This document shows, one piece after another, positions 16,910-26,833 of a DNA stretch of 34,490 bases (positions within the stretch are counted from its first letter, which is position 1; every line of letters starts with the position of its first letter). Source of the DNA: a virus (lineage: Duplodnaviria; Caudoviricetes). The position numbers and the translations under genes were made by a program. The DNA is taken from the IMG/VR virus record IMGVR_UViG_3300037780_000088, positions 1-34,490 of that record. The stretch is one strand, 5' to 3'. The notes under the pieces were generated by a model. It was not told the DNA's origin, made no database searches, and saw only the letters and a program-made list of their open reading frames with translations.

Positions 16910-17489
16910 ACGCCAGAGCGGAGCAAACGCGGCCAAGAAGCCGCCGCCGAAATCGAAGGCGGCGGCGAAGGCATCCCCCCCGAAGAAACGACCGGCGCGG
17001 AAGGCGGCGGGGAAGGGGCCGGCAAAAGCGCCGGCCCCGCCTGGCCGTCCGCCGGAATTCACGGAAGCATTGCAGGCCACGTTCCTGGATCTGATCCGGG
17101 GCGGTATGAGCATGCGCCAAGCCTGCATGGTCGAAGGGATGGTTTCCCGGGAGACGGTGCGCCGGCACCTGGCCGAAACGGAAGAGGTTGAGGGCGGGTT
17201 TTGTGGCCAGTACGCGCGCGCATGCGAGGAACGAACCGAATTGCGTTTCGATGAATGCATTGAAATTGCTGATAATTCCGAAGGCGATACGATCCTGACG
17301 GACAAGGGTTATATGCCCAACTTTGCCAAGATCCAGCGGGACCGCCTGCGCATTGATACGCGCAAGTATTACGTGGCGATCATGGAGCCGAAAAAGTACG
17401 GCAAGAAACCGGCGGACGAAGGCGACGGCGGGGTGGTCGTTCATGTCCATGCGGACGGGAAATCGCCGGAAGAAAACGAGCCGGTTTAA
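16881..17489 (+). CDS. terS: Terminase small subunit (Sf6 gp1-like)
   Basis: 'GRPPEFT...SMRQAC...QYARACEER...IEIADN...IQRDRLRIDTRK...PKKYG'; directly before TerL; start uncertain. Confidence 0.85.
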   Translation: MTGSKPRTPKRQSGANAAKKPPPKSKAAAKASPPKKRPARKAAGKGPAKAPAPPGRPPEFTEALQATFLDLIRGGMSMRQACMVEGMVSRETVRRHLAETEEVEGGFCGQYARACEERTELRFDECIEIADNSEGDTILTDKGYMPNFAKIQRDRLRIDTRKYYVAIMEPKKYGKKPADEGDGGVVVHVHADGKSPEENEPV

Positions 17490-17490
17490 C

Positions 17491-17529
17491 GGATCCCAAC
17501 ATGATCCATTTAGGATCCACCATGGATCC
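17491..17529. repeat. Phased GGATCC array between terS and terL
   Basis: GGATCC 17491, TGATCC 17502, GGATCC 17513 and 17524. Confidence 0.85.
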
Positions 17530-17544
17530 TGGTGACGGGGCAAA

Positions 17545-18942
17545 ATGGCCGTATCAATTCACCTGCCTTACAAGTGGTCGACGCGGGATTATCAGGAACC
17601 GCTGTGGAACTACGTGATGGGCGGCGGATCCCGCGCCGTGGGCGTCTGGCACCGGCGTAGCGGCAAGGACGCCACCATTTTGAACCTGGAATGCTGCAAG
17701 GCCCATCAGCGGGTGGGCCTGTACTGGCATATGTTGCCGACGCTGACGCAAGGCCGGAAGGCCGTCTGGAACGCGATCGACGGGCAGGGGCGGCGGCTGA
17801 TCAATCAGGTGTTCCCGCATGAAATCCGCCGGACGAAGAACGAGCGGGATATGCTCATTGAACTGAAAAACGGGTCCATGTGGCAGGTGGTGGGCTCGGA
17901 TAATTTTGACAGTCTGGTGGGATCGAACCCGGTAGGCGTCGTGTTCTCGGAATGGTCCCTGACGGATCCGGCGGCCTGGGACTACATCCGGCCTATCCTG
18001 GCGGAAAACGGCGGGTTTGCGGTGTTCATCTACACGCCGCGCGGGCGAAACCATGGATACCGTTTGTTCCGCCATGCCGAGGCACACCCGGATTGGTTCG
18101 CCCAGGTGCTTACCGTTGACGACACCAAGAAACCGAAAATCGGCCATAACGGCGGGCCGCCGTTGCTGGACGAATTCGACGAACCGTTAATGGTCCCGGT
18201 GATCGGCCCGGAGGCGATCCAGGAAGATCGCGACACGGGCATGTCGGAAAACCGGATTGAACAGGAATACTACTGTTCGTTCGATGCCGAGATTGAAGGG
18301 GCCTATTACGGCAAGCAAATGGCCCTGGTGCGCAAGGAAGGGCGCGTGGGGCCGCTGGAAATCCTGGCGGATATCCCGATTGAAACGTGGTGGGATATCG
18401 GCGTGGGGGACAGTACCTCAATCGTCTTCGTCCAGCCGGTCGGATCCTGGTTCCACATTGTCGATTACTACGAGAACACAGGCGAAGGTCTGCCGCATTA
18501 CGCCTCGGTCCTGGCGGACAAAGCCAAGGAATACGGCTGGACCTATTCGGACCACCTGTTGCCCCATGACGTGCAGGTGAGAGAGTGGGGCACGGGTAAT
18601 ACCCGGATCGAGACGGCACGGAAACACAATCTGAAATTCCAGCGCGTTGCGCGTATGCCGGTCGAAGATCGGATTGAAGCCGTGCGCGGTAACCTTCAAT
18701 GGTGCCGGTTCAACAACACGACGCCGGTTATGCGGCTGCTGGACTGCCTGGAAACCTATCGCAAGGAGTGGAACGAGGCCCTTTCCGTATGGGGTGACAA
18801 GCCGGTTCACGATTGGGCAAGCCACGGTGCGGACGCATTCGGGACGGGGTTCCAGGCGCGGCGATCGACGCACAAGGGCAAGACCTATCAGGCGACGACG
18901 GACAAGGATCCGTTGGGATCCGCCCTGGCGGGCCGGCGGTGA
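17545..18942 (+). CDS. terL: Terminase large subunit (465 aa)
   Basis: 'RDYQ', Walker A 'WHRRSGKD', 'VFSEW', 'YTPRGRNH', nuclease 'WWDIGVGDST', 'HDWASHGADAF'. Confidence 0.95.
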   Translation: MAVSIHLPYKWSTRDYQEPLWNYVMGGGSRAVGVWHRRSGKDATILNLECCKAHQRVGLYWHMLPTLTQGRKAVWNAIDGQGRRLINQVFPHEIRRTKNERDMLIELKNGSMWQVVGSDNFDSLVGSNPVGVVFSEWSLTDPAAWDYIRPILAENGGFAVFIYTPRGRNHGYRLFRHAEAHPDWFAQVLTVDDTKKPKIGHNGGPPLLDEFDEPLMVPVIGPEAIQEDRDTGMSENRIEQEYYCSFDAEIEGAYYGKQMALVRKEGRVGPLEILADIPIETWWDIGVGDSTSIVFVQPVGSWFHIVDYYENTGEGLPHYASVLADKAKEYGWTYSDHLLPHDVQVREWGTGNTRIETARKHNLKFQRVARMPVEDRIEAVRGNLQWCRFNNTTPVMRLLDCLETYRKEWNEALSVWGDKPVHDWASHGADAFGTGFQARRSTHKGKTYQATTDKDPLGSALAGRR

Positions 18943-19071
18943 CCTGCAGCACCAGCGGTTCCGGCGGTGACCGAATCCAACACCGCCATTTTGGCCGATA
19001 GCCGGCGGCCGATCCCGCCGAATTCGGCGGTAAGCGCCGGCGAAATCGGCAGGGAAAAGGAGGAAGAGAAG

Positions 19072-19524
19072 ATGGACCATGGCGATATCGGCATGCGGAA
19101 GGCGCCCCATTCGTGGCTGGTTGTGTTCTGCGATCCGGCACCCATGCGCCCGGATGCAGACGGCTGGGAACGATGGGTGCGGAAGCTGCTGGCCGTTTGG
19201 CTAAAGCGCGGAATGCGCCATGTTTTTTGCCTGCGCCGGTCGGATGCTTTTGACGGCTGGGTGGCGTTCCACCCGGAAATCTACCGAACCGCCGTGCTTG
19301 AATATCACGGCGATGCATACGTGGAATTCCTCCGGAAGATGGCTGAAACTGGATCCGTCACGCTGGTGGAATTCGAAGGCCGGACGGAACCGGGCTGGTT
19401 CCCCTGGGGGACGAAATCTTGTGTAGGCCGGGTGAAAGGGGTATTAGGAATTCGCAGCCGATCAATTACGCCCGCCGGTCTTTACCGGGATCTACAGCAA
19501 CGCCTTAGCGTGGAGCGCGATTGA
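19072..19524 (+). CDS. Phage protein, possible permuted papain-like fold (150 aa)
   Basis: AGGAGG SD before ATG 19072; His ('MRHVF') precedes Cys ('SCVG.VK.VLGI...ITP..LY'); fold call is tentative. Confidence 0.55.
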   Translation: MDHGDIGMRKAPHSWLVVFCDPAPMRPDADGWERWVRKLLAVWLKRGMRHVFCLRRSDAFDGWVAFHPEIYRTAVLEYHGDAYVEFLRKMAETGSVTLVEFEGRTEPGWFPWGTKSCVGRVKGVLGIRSRSITPAGLYRDLQQRLSVERD

Positions 19525-19526
19525 TT

Positions 19527-19727
19527 ATGTTTGGCAGCCCCCCCGATCCGGAACCCGTTGACACGTCCTTGCAGGAAGAAAGCCTGGACCTGCAAAAGAA
19601 GGAAAACGAGCGCGTCAAGGCGCAGAACGCCGCGGCCCGCCGGAACGCCCGAAAGCGGGGAACCCGCGTGAACCGTGGGTTCCTTGGCGATCTGTCGTCC
19701 GGATCCACCAAGGATACCGTGGGTTAG
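19527..19727 (+). CDS. Small putative virion-associated protein (66 aa)
   Basis: 'MFGSPPDPEP' plus charged helix; typical small gene immediately before the portal in this phage type. Confidence 0.6.
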   Translation: MFGSPPDPEPVDTSLQEESLDLQKKENERVKAQNAAARRNARKRGTRVNRGFLGDLSSGSTKDTVG

Positions 19728-19731
19728 GTCG

Positions 19732-21384
19732 GTGACTTCGCAAACGCCGACCACCGCCGCCGGCGCCGTCAAGGACTTCAAAGCGTCCGAATTGAAGCTG
19801 TATGCCCGCGGCCTCAAGAAGCTGAACAGTTGGCGGTCGCTGATCGACGCGGCCAATACCTATGCCCTGCCGGCCTTCAATCCGACGCACCAGGCGGACG
19901 GCGGCGCGGAGGATCCGGCGGCGGCCCTTCGGATCCGCTTCGAATTCGAAGCCTCGGACGCGGTGCGCGAAAAAGGCCACCGCATGCATTTCAAGATCTT
20001 CCCGATTGGCCAGCGGTGGGCCGGCTTCGCGCCTGGCGCCCTGCCCAACGGCCAAGGTCTGACGGACAAGCAGGCCGAAGGGTTGAAGTCCGAAATGGAA
20101 GAGGTTGGCGAACGCTTCCATGGGGCGATTGAAACCAGCAATTTCCATTCGGAAATCGCGCCGGCTTTCGAAGAGGTCCAGATTTCCTATGCCGCGTTGA
20201 TGATCCATGAAGGGACGCTGGACAATCCATTGCGTTTCGAGGCAATCCCGGCCAGCACGGTTGTTCCGATGGAGAGCCGAGACGGCGTAATCCGGACGGT
20301 GTTCCGCCGGGAAAAGATGACCTGGGAGAAGATCGAAGAACGGTTTAAGCGGGTCGCCGGCGACAAGTTCAAGGAACCGCAAAACTCCCAGGTGGTCACG
20401 AACCTGAAAAGCCATCCCGGCGACGAGACGGCGGTGATTGAATGCGTGATCCATAAGCCGGACAACGATCCGGCCAAGCGGTATCAATACGCGGTGTTCC
20501 TGGAAGACGACGAAAGCCAGTTGGTGGACGCATTCTTGAAGTCGTCGCCGTTCGTCGTGTTTCGGATGGGCAAGGCGCCAGGTGAGAACGTGGGCTGGGG
20601 TTCCGTCCTGTCTGTGGTGCCGAAGATCAAGGTTCTGAACGCGGTGCGGGAACTGTGGCTGCAACACCTGGCGATCGGCATTTCGGGGATCTGGCAGGCG
20701 GATGACGATGGGGTGTTGAACCCGCAAAACATCGTTTTGAAGCCCGGGACGATCATTCCCAAGGCCGTTGGGTCCGCCGGCCTTACCCCGCTTTCTACCG
20801 GGATCAACGTCGAATTGACCATTCAGGCGATCCAGGAAATGGAAGAGCAGGTGCGCCGGGCGATCCTGGGCCCGAGCATGCCGCCGGTTGATGCCGGGGT
20901 GCGGTCGGCCTATGAGAACGCGGCCCGCCTTGCCGAAGGCCAGGAAGTCGAATTGCCGGCAACGCTTCGGATCCTGACCGAGTGCCACGAACCGATCGTG
21001 GAACGGTGCCTGCATATCCTGTCCCGGGATCATATGCAGGGATCCCCGTTCTATATCGGCCCGGTCGAGGTCGAGGATAGCCAGCTTGAAGTGGTGCCGT
21101 TGTCGCCGCTGATCCGCGTTATGAAGGAAGCTGAGGCAAACCGGAAGGTGAACGCCTATGCCACGGGCCTGAATTTGAACCCCGAGCGGACGCAGCGGAT
21201 TACCAAGGCGGACAATATCCTGCGCGATATCATGGAAGGCATGGGCCTTGAGCCTGACATGTTCCACGACGAAGACACGGTGAAAGCCAACGACCAAGCC
21301 GAACAGGAAGCCCAACGGATGGTGGTCGAAGCGCAATTGGCGTCGGCCCAGGGCGGCGGCCAGGGCCAGCCCGGCCCGCAATAA
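19732..21384 (+). CDS. Portal (head-tail connector) protein, ~550 aa
   Basis: Likely GTG at 19732; 'SNFHSEI', 'SPFVVFRMGKAPGENVGWG', 'LNPQNIVLKPG', 'SAYE', 'LSPL' resemble T7-like/BPP-1 connectors. Confidence 0.9.
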   Translation: MTSQTPTTAAGAVKDFKASELKLYARGLKKLNSWRSLIDAANTYALPAFNPTHQADGGAEDPAAALRIRFEFEASDAVREKGHRMHFKIFPIGQRWAGFAPGALPNGQGLTDKQAEGLKSEMEEVGERFHGAIETSNFHSEIAPAFEEVQISYAALMIHEGTLDNPLRFEAIPASTVVPMESRDGVIRTVFRREKMTWEKIEERFKRVAGDKFKEPQNSQVVTNLKSHPGDETAVIECVIHKPDNDPAKRYQYAVFLEDDESQLVDAFLKSSPFVVFRMGKAPGENVGWGSVLSVVPKIKVLNAVRELWLQHLAIGISGIWQADDDGVLNPQNIVLKPGTIIPKAVGSAGLTPLSTGINVELTIQAIQEMEEQVRRAILGPSMPPVDAGVRSAYENAARLAEGQEVELPATLRILTECHEPIVERCLHILSRDHMQGSPFYIGPVEVEDSQLEVVPLSPLIRVMKEAEANRKVNAYATGLNLNPERTQRITKADNILRDIMEGMGLEPDMFHDEDTVKANDQAEQEAQRMVVEAQLASAQGGGQGQPGPQ

Positions 21385-21412
21385 GGATCCCACCAGGATC
21401 CCTAAAGGATCC
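21385..21412. repeat. Phased GGATCC array after portal
   Basis: GGATCC at 21385, 21396, 21407. Confidence 0.85.
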
Positions 21413-21464
21413 TGATTGCAAAGACCGATCATTGACCTTTTCCCTTTGAAATGGAGCGGAGCAA

Positions 21465-22442
21465 GTGAGCAAAACGAAAACCCTTCCCCGTCCGGTCGAT
21501 GATTACGACGTGGCCGCATGGCGGAATTACTACGTGGTGAACCCGGACTATCTGCGGGCGGTTGGTGCCGATGTGGCGCCCGGCGGCCTGATCGACATGG
21601 GCGGCGGTGGCGGCGCCCCGGATCCCACCGGTGAAAACGGCGGTGGCGCCGGCGACGGTGCCGGCGACGGTGCCGGGCCGGACGGTGGCGCGGGCGGTGA
21701 TAACGCCTGGATGACGGAATTGAACGGGGAGCAATTCCAGATCCCCGAGAATTTCCGTGGTCAGAACCCGGGCGAAATCAACGCGCCGGCGGCCCTTAAG
21801 GCGGCCATGGACCTGCGCCAGAAGGTCGAGGAAATGGGCAAGGGTCCGGAAATCCCCGACGCCTATGAACTGCGCGTTCCGGACGAAATCAAGGAACAGG
21901 TGGAGCGCATGGGCGGCCTCAATGCCCAGCATCCCCTGGCCCAAGGTCTGTTCGCCTTTGCCAAGGAAAACAAGCTGGGCCAGGACGTGGTGGACGGCCT
22001 GGTGGCGATCTATGCGAAAAATCAGGTGGAAGACACCATTGATCCGGGCGAGGAACACAAGCGCAACCTGGACATGCTGGGCGATCATTTCGGGGACCAG
22101 AAGGAAGGCAAGCTGACCGAAATCACCCAATGGGTGAACGCCCGGTTCAAAAAGAACTTCGACGCACACGACCCGGACGCGGGCAAGATCGACCCGGTGG
22201 CCCAGGAACTTCTGCTGATGAACGAAAGCGCCGGCGGGATCATGCTCCTGGACATGATGCGCCAGGCGTCCCGGGATGTTCAGGTGCCCGGTGGTGACGG
22301 CAACGGCGCCCCGCGGGTGACGGAAGCGGATCTGGACAAGCTGATGGCGTCGGACAAGTACCTGGCGGGCGATCCGTCCACCGTGGCCGAGGTCGAAGCC
22401 ATGGCCAAGGCCCTGAAACCCGGGGTGCGGAACGTCCGGTAG
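21465..22442 (+). CDS. Capsid scaffolding/assembly protein (325 aa)
   Basis: Lies between portal and capsid; acidic and helical; 'IPENF', 'IPDAYEL', 'FAKENKL.QD', 'KY..GDP'. Confidence 0.75.
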   Translation: MSKTKTLPRPVDDYDVAAWRNYYVVNPDYLRAVGADVAPGGLIDMGGGGGAPDPTGENGGGAGDGAGDGAGPDGGAGGDNAWMTELNGEQFQIPENFRGQNPGEINAPAALKAAMDLRQKVEEMGKGPEIPDAYELRVPDEIKEQVERMGGLNAQHPLAQGLFAFAKENKLGQDVVDGLVAIYAKNQVEDTIDPGEEHKRNLDMLGDHFGDQKEGKLTEITQWVNARFKKNFDAHDPDAGKIDPVAQELLLMNESAGGIMLLDMMRQASRDVQVPGGDGNGAPRVTEADLDKLMASDKYLAGDPSTVAEVEAMAKALKPGVRNVR

Positions 22443-22481
22443 GCGCGGAATTCCCGCCTTTGGGGTGGCGGGATGCAAGAG

Positions 22482-22518
22482 AGGGCGCGGATTGTCCATG
22501 GTCCGCGCCCTTTCGTTT
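22482..22518 (+). terminator. Probable intrinsic terminator after the scaffold gene
   Basis: AGGGCGCGGA / TCCGCGCCCT 10-bp stem followed by TTCGTTT. Confidence 0.55.
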
Positions 22519-22650
22519 GCCCTGATGGCCAGCACCGCCGGATCCACCGGTGATCGATGCCCGCCGGTTTCGGCGGTGTGTGATTCGGCCACCGCCATTA
22601 TGGGCGGTGTAGGCCCGGCCCGTTACGGATCAACGGTTTAGCCCGCCGGT

Positions 22651-22679
22651 TTGACAACATACCAGTTGGTATGTATTCA
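22651..22679 (+). promoter_or_regulatory. Capsid-operon promoter with embedded palindromic operator
   Basis: TTGACA-N17-TATTCA; the spacer is ACATACCA-GT-TGGTATGT (22657-22674). Confidence 0.65.
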
Positions 22680-22686
22680 AGCGGGT

Positions 22687-22947
22687 GATCGGCTTTTGCA
22701 AGACGGACCACCGGCCCGGAACAAAGGCCCTCCCTACCCCCCGGGCCTTACGCCGGGCCGGTGGGAAGTTTTAAGCCGATCCACAGGCCGGCCTATCAAT
22801 GGGCGGACCCGGCCTTAGAAGCCCCGGTGGTGGCCCGATATGCCCCCCTCATGCCGCGTCGGCGGCCTTGCGGCCTATCCAGGCACAGACCCGCAAGTAA
22901 CGGCCCGCTGGTGGAAGCGAATTCCGCACAGTCAACGGGCCGGCTTT
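22687..22947 (+). ncRNA. Candidate structured leader / cis-regulatory RNA upstream of major capsid gene
   Basis: Nested stems 22687-95/22773-81, 22708-19/22753-64, 22724-30/22743-49; further stems 22785-91/22809-15 and 22901-07/22936-42; no convincing ORF. Confidence 0.5.
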
Positions 22948-23006
22948 TCATTTCCGATACGCGATGCCGCCGGCCCTCATACCGTTAGGAATGAGGAAAG
23001 ACGACT

Positions 23007-23831
23007 ATGGACACCATCGAAAATTGGTTTGAAACCGTCTTCAACAAGGACGTCCATCACCGCTATCAGCAAATGGGCTCCAAGGTTCGCGGCACCGTCC
23101 GGACGGATGGCACCGTGAAGGGCGAAAAGGCGGAATACCGTCTCTACGGCAAAGCCGAGGTTGGCGACAAGGTGAGCGGCGGTGAAATCCCGATCGCGAA
23201 CCCGAAGAAGGACAAAGAAACGATCAACCTCTACAAGAAATACCTGGGCATCTACGTCGATGACCTGGACGCCCTGAAACACAACATCAACGAGCGCATG
23301 GGCGCGGCCAAGGCCGCGGTGGCGGCGCATTCCCGCTATACGGATAGCATCTTGGTTGCGGCCTTCGCGACCACCACCAAGTCCGTGGGCGACTACTCCA
23401 CCGGCCTGACGAAGACGCTTATTCAAGGCGGCTTCGAAATGCTGAACGGCGCCGACGTGCCGGACGATGGCGAACGCTACGCCCTGATCGGCGCCCACCA
23501 GTGGGAAGAACTGCTGAACATCGACGCCTTCGCGAAATCCGACTACGTGGGCGACAAGTATCCGTGGCTGCAAGGCGCCGACGCCAAGCGGTGGCGGAAC
23601 ACGCTGTGGATCATGCATTCCGGCCTGCCGCTTTCGGGCACCCAGCGTTCGTGCTTCCTCTACCACAAATCGGCGGCGGCCCATGCGATTGGCCGTGATG
23701 TGGTGACCAAATGGTCGTGGGAAAACGACAAAGACCAGTTCTTGCTGAACACGAACATGATGCAGGGCGCCGGCCTGATCGAAGATGTCGGCATGGTCGA
23801 ACTCAAGTGCAAGGAGAATACGACGCTCTAG
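23007..23831 (+). CDS. Major capsid protein (274 aa)
   Basis: GAGG SD; 'FNKDVHHRYQQMGSKVRGTVR', 'DVPDDGERY', 'F..SDYVG', 'WRNTLWIMHSGLP', 'GAGLIED.G'; strongly biased codons. Confidence 0.9.
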   Translation: MDTIENWFETVFNKDVHHRYQQMGSKVRGTVRTDGTVKGEKAEYRLYGKAEVGDKVSGGEIPIANPKKDKETINLYKKYLGIYVDDLDALKHNINERMGAAKAAVAAHSRYTDSILVAAFATTTKSVGDYSTGLTKTLIQGGFEMLNGADVPDDGERYALIGAHQWEELLNIDAFAKSDYVGDKYPWLQGADAKRWRNTLWIMHSGLPLSGTQRSCFLYHKSAAAHAIGRDVVTKWSWENDKDQFLLNTNMMQGAGLIEDVGMVELKCKENTTL

Positions 23832-23917
23832 CGGCGCCGTAGGCCGCGGACGGGCGCCCCTGGCGCCCTTCCCGGCCCTCCCCTCGCCTTTACCCAGCCA
23901 GATAAGGAGATTTCCAA

Positions 23918-24187
23918 ATGGCCTACGATCCGGACACCAACCCGATCGCCACCGTGGCGCAAACCGGTTCCTTCAAGTTCATGCATTACGCCACCGGCGA
24001 CGACGCCTTGGCCGACGTGGCGGCCTCGGGCTACTTCAACAAATCGGCGGCGATCATGCCGGTGAATTCGCTTCTGTTCATCGTGGCTTCCGATGGTTTC
24101 GGCCTGATGGTCGTTCTTTCGAACGCCGCCGGCGTGGTCGATCTGTCCGACGCAACGCCGATCGACGACACCAACACCGAGGCATAA
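23918..24187 (+). CDS. Putative capsid decoration/cement protein (89 aa)
   Basis: AAGGAG SD; immediately after the capsid gene; 'DALADVAASGYFN' motif. Confidence 0.65.
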   Translation: MAYDPDTNPIATVAQTGSFKFMHYATGDDALADVAASGYFNKSAAIMPVNSLLFIVASDGFGLMVVLSNAAGVVDLSDATPIDDTNTEA

Positions 24188-24256
24188 CCCAGACCTGGCC
24201 AACCGAAAGGCGTTTGCTCCGCTCAAGCTGGCCACAGTAGGAAGGAACCCGCGGAT

Positions 24257-24835
24257 ATGGCTATTACGGCAGAAGAGTTGTGTTCGCGGGCCCTTCTTAA
24301 AAACTCCCTGCAACCGATCCAGAGTTTCGAGGAACAGACGGCGCGGGCCATTCTGGCCAAGGAACTCTATCCCCAGACGCGGGACGCCCTGCTTTCGGCC
24401 CATCCCTGGACCTTCGCCGTTGACGTGAAGGTGATTGCCCAGGCCCAGGAAGCGCCCAAGGCGGATTTCGCCTATCAGCACCCCCGCCCCGCAAACTTCC
24501 TGCGGGCCCTGTCCGTAGGATCCGGCAGCAGCACCCACGGGGTGCGCTACAAGATCCAAGGGAAGTTCATCCTTGCCGATGTGACGCCCATCACCCTGAA
24601 ACATATCTACCGGCCCGCGGAAGCGGACTGGCCGGCCTATTTCGACGACTGCTTGATTGACTTCCTGGCGGCGGCATTCTGCGAGCCGTTGACCGAAAGT
24701 TCCTCCAAGGCGGATCGCCTCTTGGCCATTGCCGAGAACAAGTCCCTGCCCCGCGCCCGGCTGATTGACAGCCAATCGCAAACCCCGTCCACCATCGCCG
24801 CCGGGTTCCTGGTTTCCGCCCATATGGATGTGTAG
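24257..24835 (+). CDS. Tail tubular protein A / adaptor (192 aa)
   Basis: 'LCSRAL...IQSFEE...LY...RDALL..HPWTFA...YQHP.P..FLR'. Confidence 0.85.
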   Translation: MAITAEELCSRALLKNSLQPIQSFEEQTARAILAKELYPQTRDALLSAHPWTFAVDVKVIAQAQEAPKADFAYQHPRPANFLRALSVGSGSSTHGVRYKIQGKFILADVTPITLKHIYRPAEADWPAYFDDCLIDFLAAAFCEPLTESSSKADRLLAIAENKSLPRARLIDSQSQTPSTIAAGFLVSAHMDV

Positions 24836-24837
24836 CC

Positions 24838-26823
24838 ATGCCGATCAAGGAACCCTCGGAAACTATCTCGTTCGCTTCCGGGGCCGTCCCGGGCCTGGAA
24901 GTGCGCAAGGACGTTCAGAAGTATTACGACGGCGCCTTGCGCATGGAGAACGTCGAAACGGGCGCCACGGGTGAATTTTACCGCCGTGGCGGCCTGTTGT
25001 TCACGGGCAACACCCTGGCCGCGAACGAAATTGAAGACGTGGACGGGATCGGCGGGGTGTCGGTCATTCTGGCCGAATTCGTGTTTTCCCGGACGGACAA
25101 GTACCTGTGGATCTTCAAGCCTCTGGAAGTGGAAATCTATTACCAGGACGAACTGCAAACCACGCTGGAAACGCCCTGGGGTGCCACCCACCTGCCGGAT
25201 CTGCGCTATGTCCAGGCCGGCGTCACAATGGTGATCATGCATGAGGATGTGGAATGGCAGCGGATCGTCCGCGGTGAGACGCACGACGATTGGAGCATTT
25301 CGGAAATCCCGGTCAAGACGCCGCCGACATTTCAGTTTGAAGAGGACACGGCGGGCACCCTGACCGTGCCCGGTACGTCGGGCGATCAAACCTTTACGTC
25401 GTCGGAAGACGATTTTGCCAACGTGCCGGCGGATCCGGACGGCTTGGGCTGGATGATCTTCGCCAACGATGGCCGGGCCCGGATCAAGGCCAAGAATAGC
25501 GACACGTCGGTGGATGTGGAAATCCTGGAAAGCCTGGGTTCCGACGACAATCCGAAGGCCGGTGACTGGTCGATTGAAGAGCCGGTGTTTTCCGATGAAC
25601 GGGGCTGGCCCCGGTGCATGGAATTGCACGAAGGCCGGCAGGCGGTAGGCGGCACCCGGGATCTGCCGGGGCATTCGTTCGCCGGGAAAACCGGATCCTT
25701 CTTCGATTTCACGTCCACGGTGGAAGGGTTCCCCGATGACGCCACGGATACGCAAGTACCGTCGCGCCAGCGGGCGGAAATCCTGGACATGCTTTCGTCG
25801 GACGGCCTGGTGATCTTCTCCACCACGGGCGTTTCGGCGGTGGATCTTACGCCGCTGGACGCCAACAACTACGTGGCCACCATGCAATCCGACATTCCGG
25901 TGGCGAACGTCCGGCCCGTCGTGTTCGACGACGAACCGGTGTATGTGGCCGCCGACGACAAGGGCAACCCGCTTTCCGTGTTTGAACTGGTGCCGGATGA
26001 CCGCCGGGAAGTCGGGCGGGACGCGGCGGACCTGGGCCTTTTGGCGCATACGCTGATCCGCCGGCCCGTTGATATGGATGTTCGAAAGGGGATTGGAAAA
26101 ACGACGGTCCAACACCTGTTCGTCGTCAATGAAGACGACGGCACCATGCCGGTTCTGCAAAGCCGCCGGAAACAGAACGTGGCCGGCTGGACGCTGTGGA
26201 ATACGAAAGGCGAATTTCTGCGCGTGGCGGTGGTCGCCGGCGATGTTTACGTGTTGGTGCGCCGGACGCTGGACGGTTCGACGGTCTACGCCCTGGAAAA
26301 GCTCGATCCGGACGCCTGGTGGGATTGTTCCCTGACCGTGACGGCGGAAGAGCCCACGGATTTGTTTGAAGGGTTCGACCATCTGGCTAACGAGGTTGTC
26401 CGGGTCCGCCTGGACGGATCGGACTACGGCAAATTCACGGTGGGCGCGGACGGCGCGATTGACGTTTCGGCACATGGCACGTTCACCACCTGCGAAGCGG
26501 GCCTGGAAGTGTCCTGGGAAGTCGAAACCATGCCCATTGCCTCGCAGCTATCCAACGGAACGCCGGTGGGGGCGACGACGCGGATTGTATGGGCCGCGGT
26601 GAAGGTCAAGGACGCCCTGGAACTGACCCTATCCGCGCATGGCATGGATATTCCGTTGCATTTCCGGAAATTCGGATCCGGTGCCTTCGGGGCCTTGCAG
26701 CCGTATACGGGCGTGAAAAAGGAACAATTCCTGAATTGGGAAAGCGAGGCGCCCCCTACCCTCACCATGAAAGGAACCCTGCCCATCACGATCCAGTCCG
26801 TAACCCTGTGGGTTGCCGGATGA
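24838..26823 (+). CDS. Tail tubular protein B / nozzle (661 aa)
   Basis: 'SFASG...G...RRGG..F', 'LRYVQ', 'FSDERGWP....HEGR', 'QNVAGW'; beta-rich; expected size and position. Confidence 0.88.
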   Translation: MPIKEPSETISFASGAVPGLEVRKDVQKYYDGALRMENVETGATGEFYRRGGLLFTGNTLAANEIEDVDGIGGVSVILAEFVFSRTDKYLWIFKPLEVEIYYQDELQTTLETPWGATHLPDLRYVQAGVTMVIMHEDVEWQRIVRGETHDDWSISEIPVKTPPTFQFEEDTAGTLTVPGTSGDQTFTSSEDDFANVPADPDGLGWMIFANDGRARIKAKNSDTSVDVEILESLGSDDNPKAGDWSIEEPVFSDERGWPRCMELHEGRQAVGGTRDLPGHSFAGKTGSFFDFTSTVEGFPDDATDTQVPSRQRAEILDMLSSDGLVIFSTTGVSAVDLTPLDANNYVATMQSDIPVANVRPVVFDDEPVYVAADDKGNPLSVFELVPDDRREVGRDAADLGLLAHTLIRRPVDMDVRKGIGKTTVQHLFVVNEDDGTMPVLQSRRKQNVAGWTLWNTKGEFLRVAVVAGDVYVLVRRTLDGSTVYALEKLDPDAWWDCSLTVTAEEPTDLFEGFDHLANEVVRVRLDGSDYGKFTVGADGAIDVSAHGTFTTCEAGLEVSWEVETMPIASQLSNGTPVGATTRIVWAAVKVKDALELTLSAHGMDIPLHFRKFGSGAFGALQPYTGVKKEQFLNWESEAPPTLTMKGTLPITIQSVTLWVAG

Positions 26824-26833
26824 TGGTCGAGGC

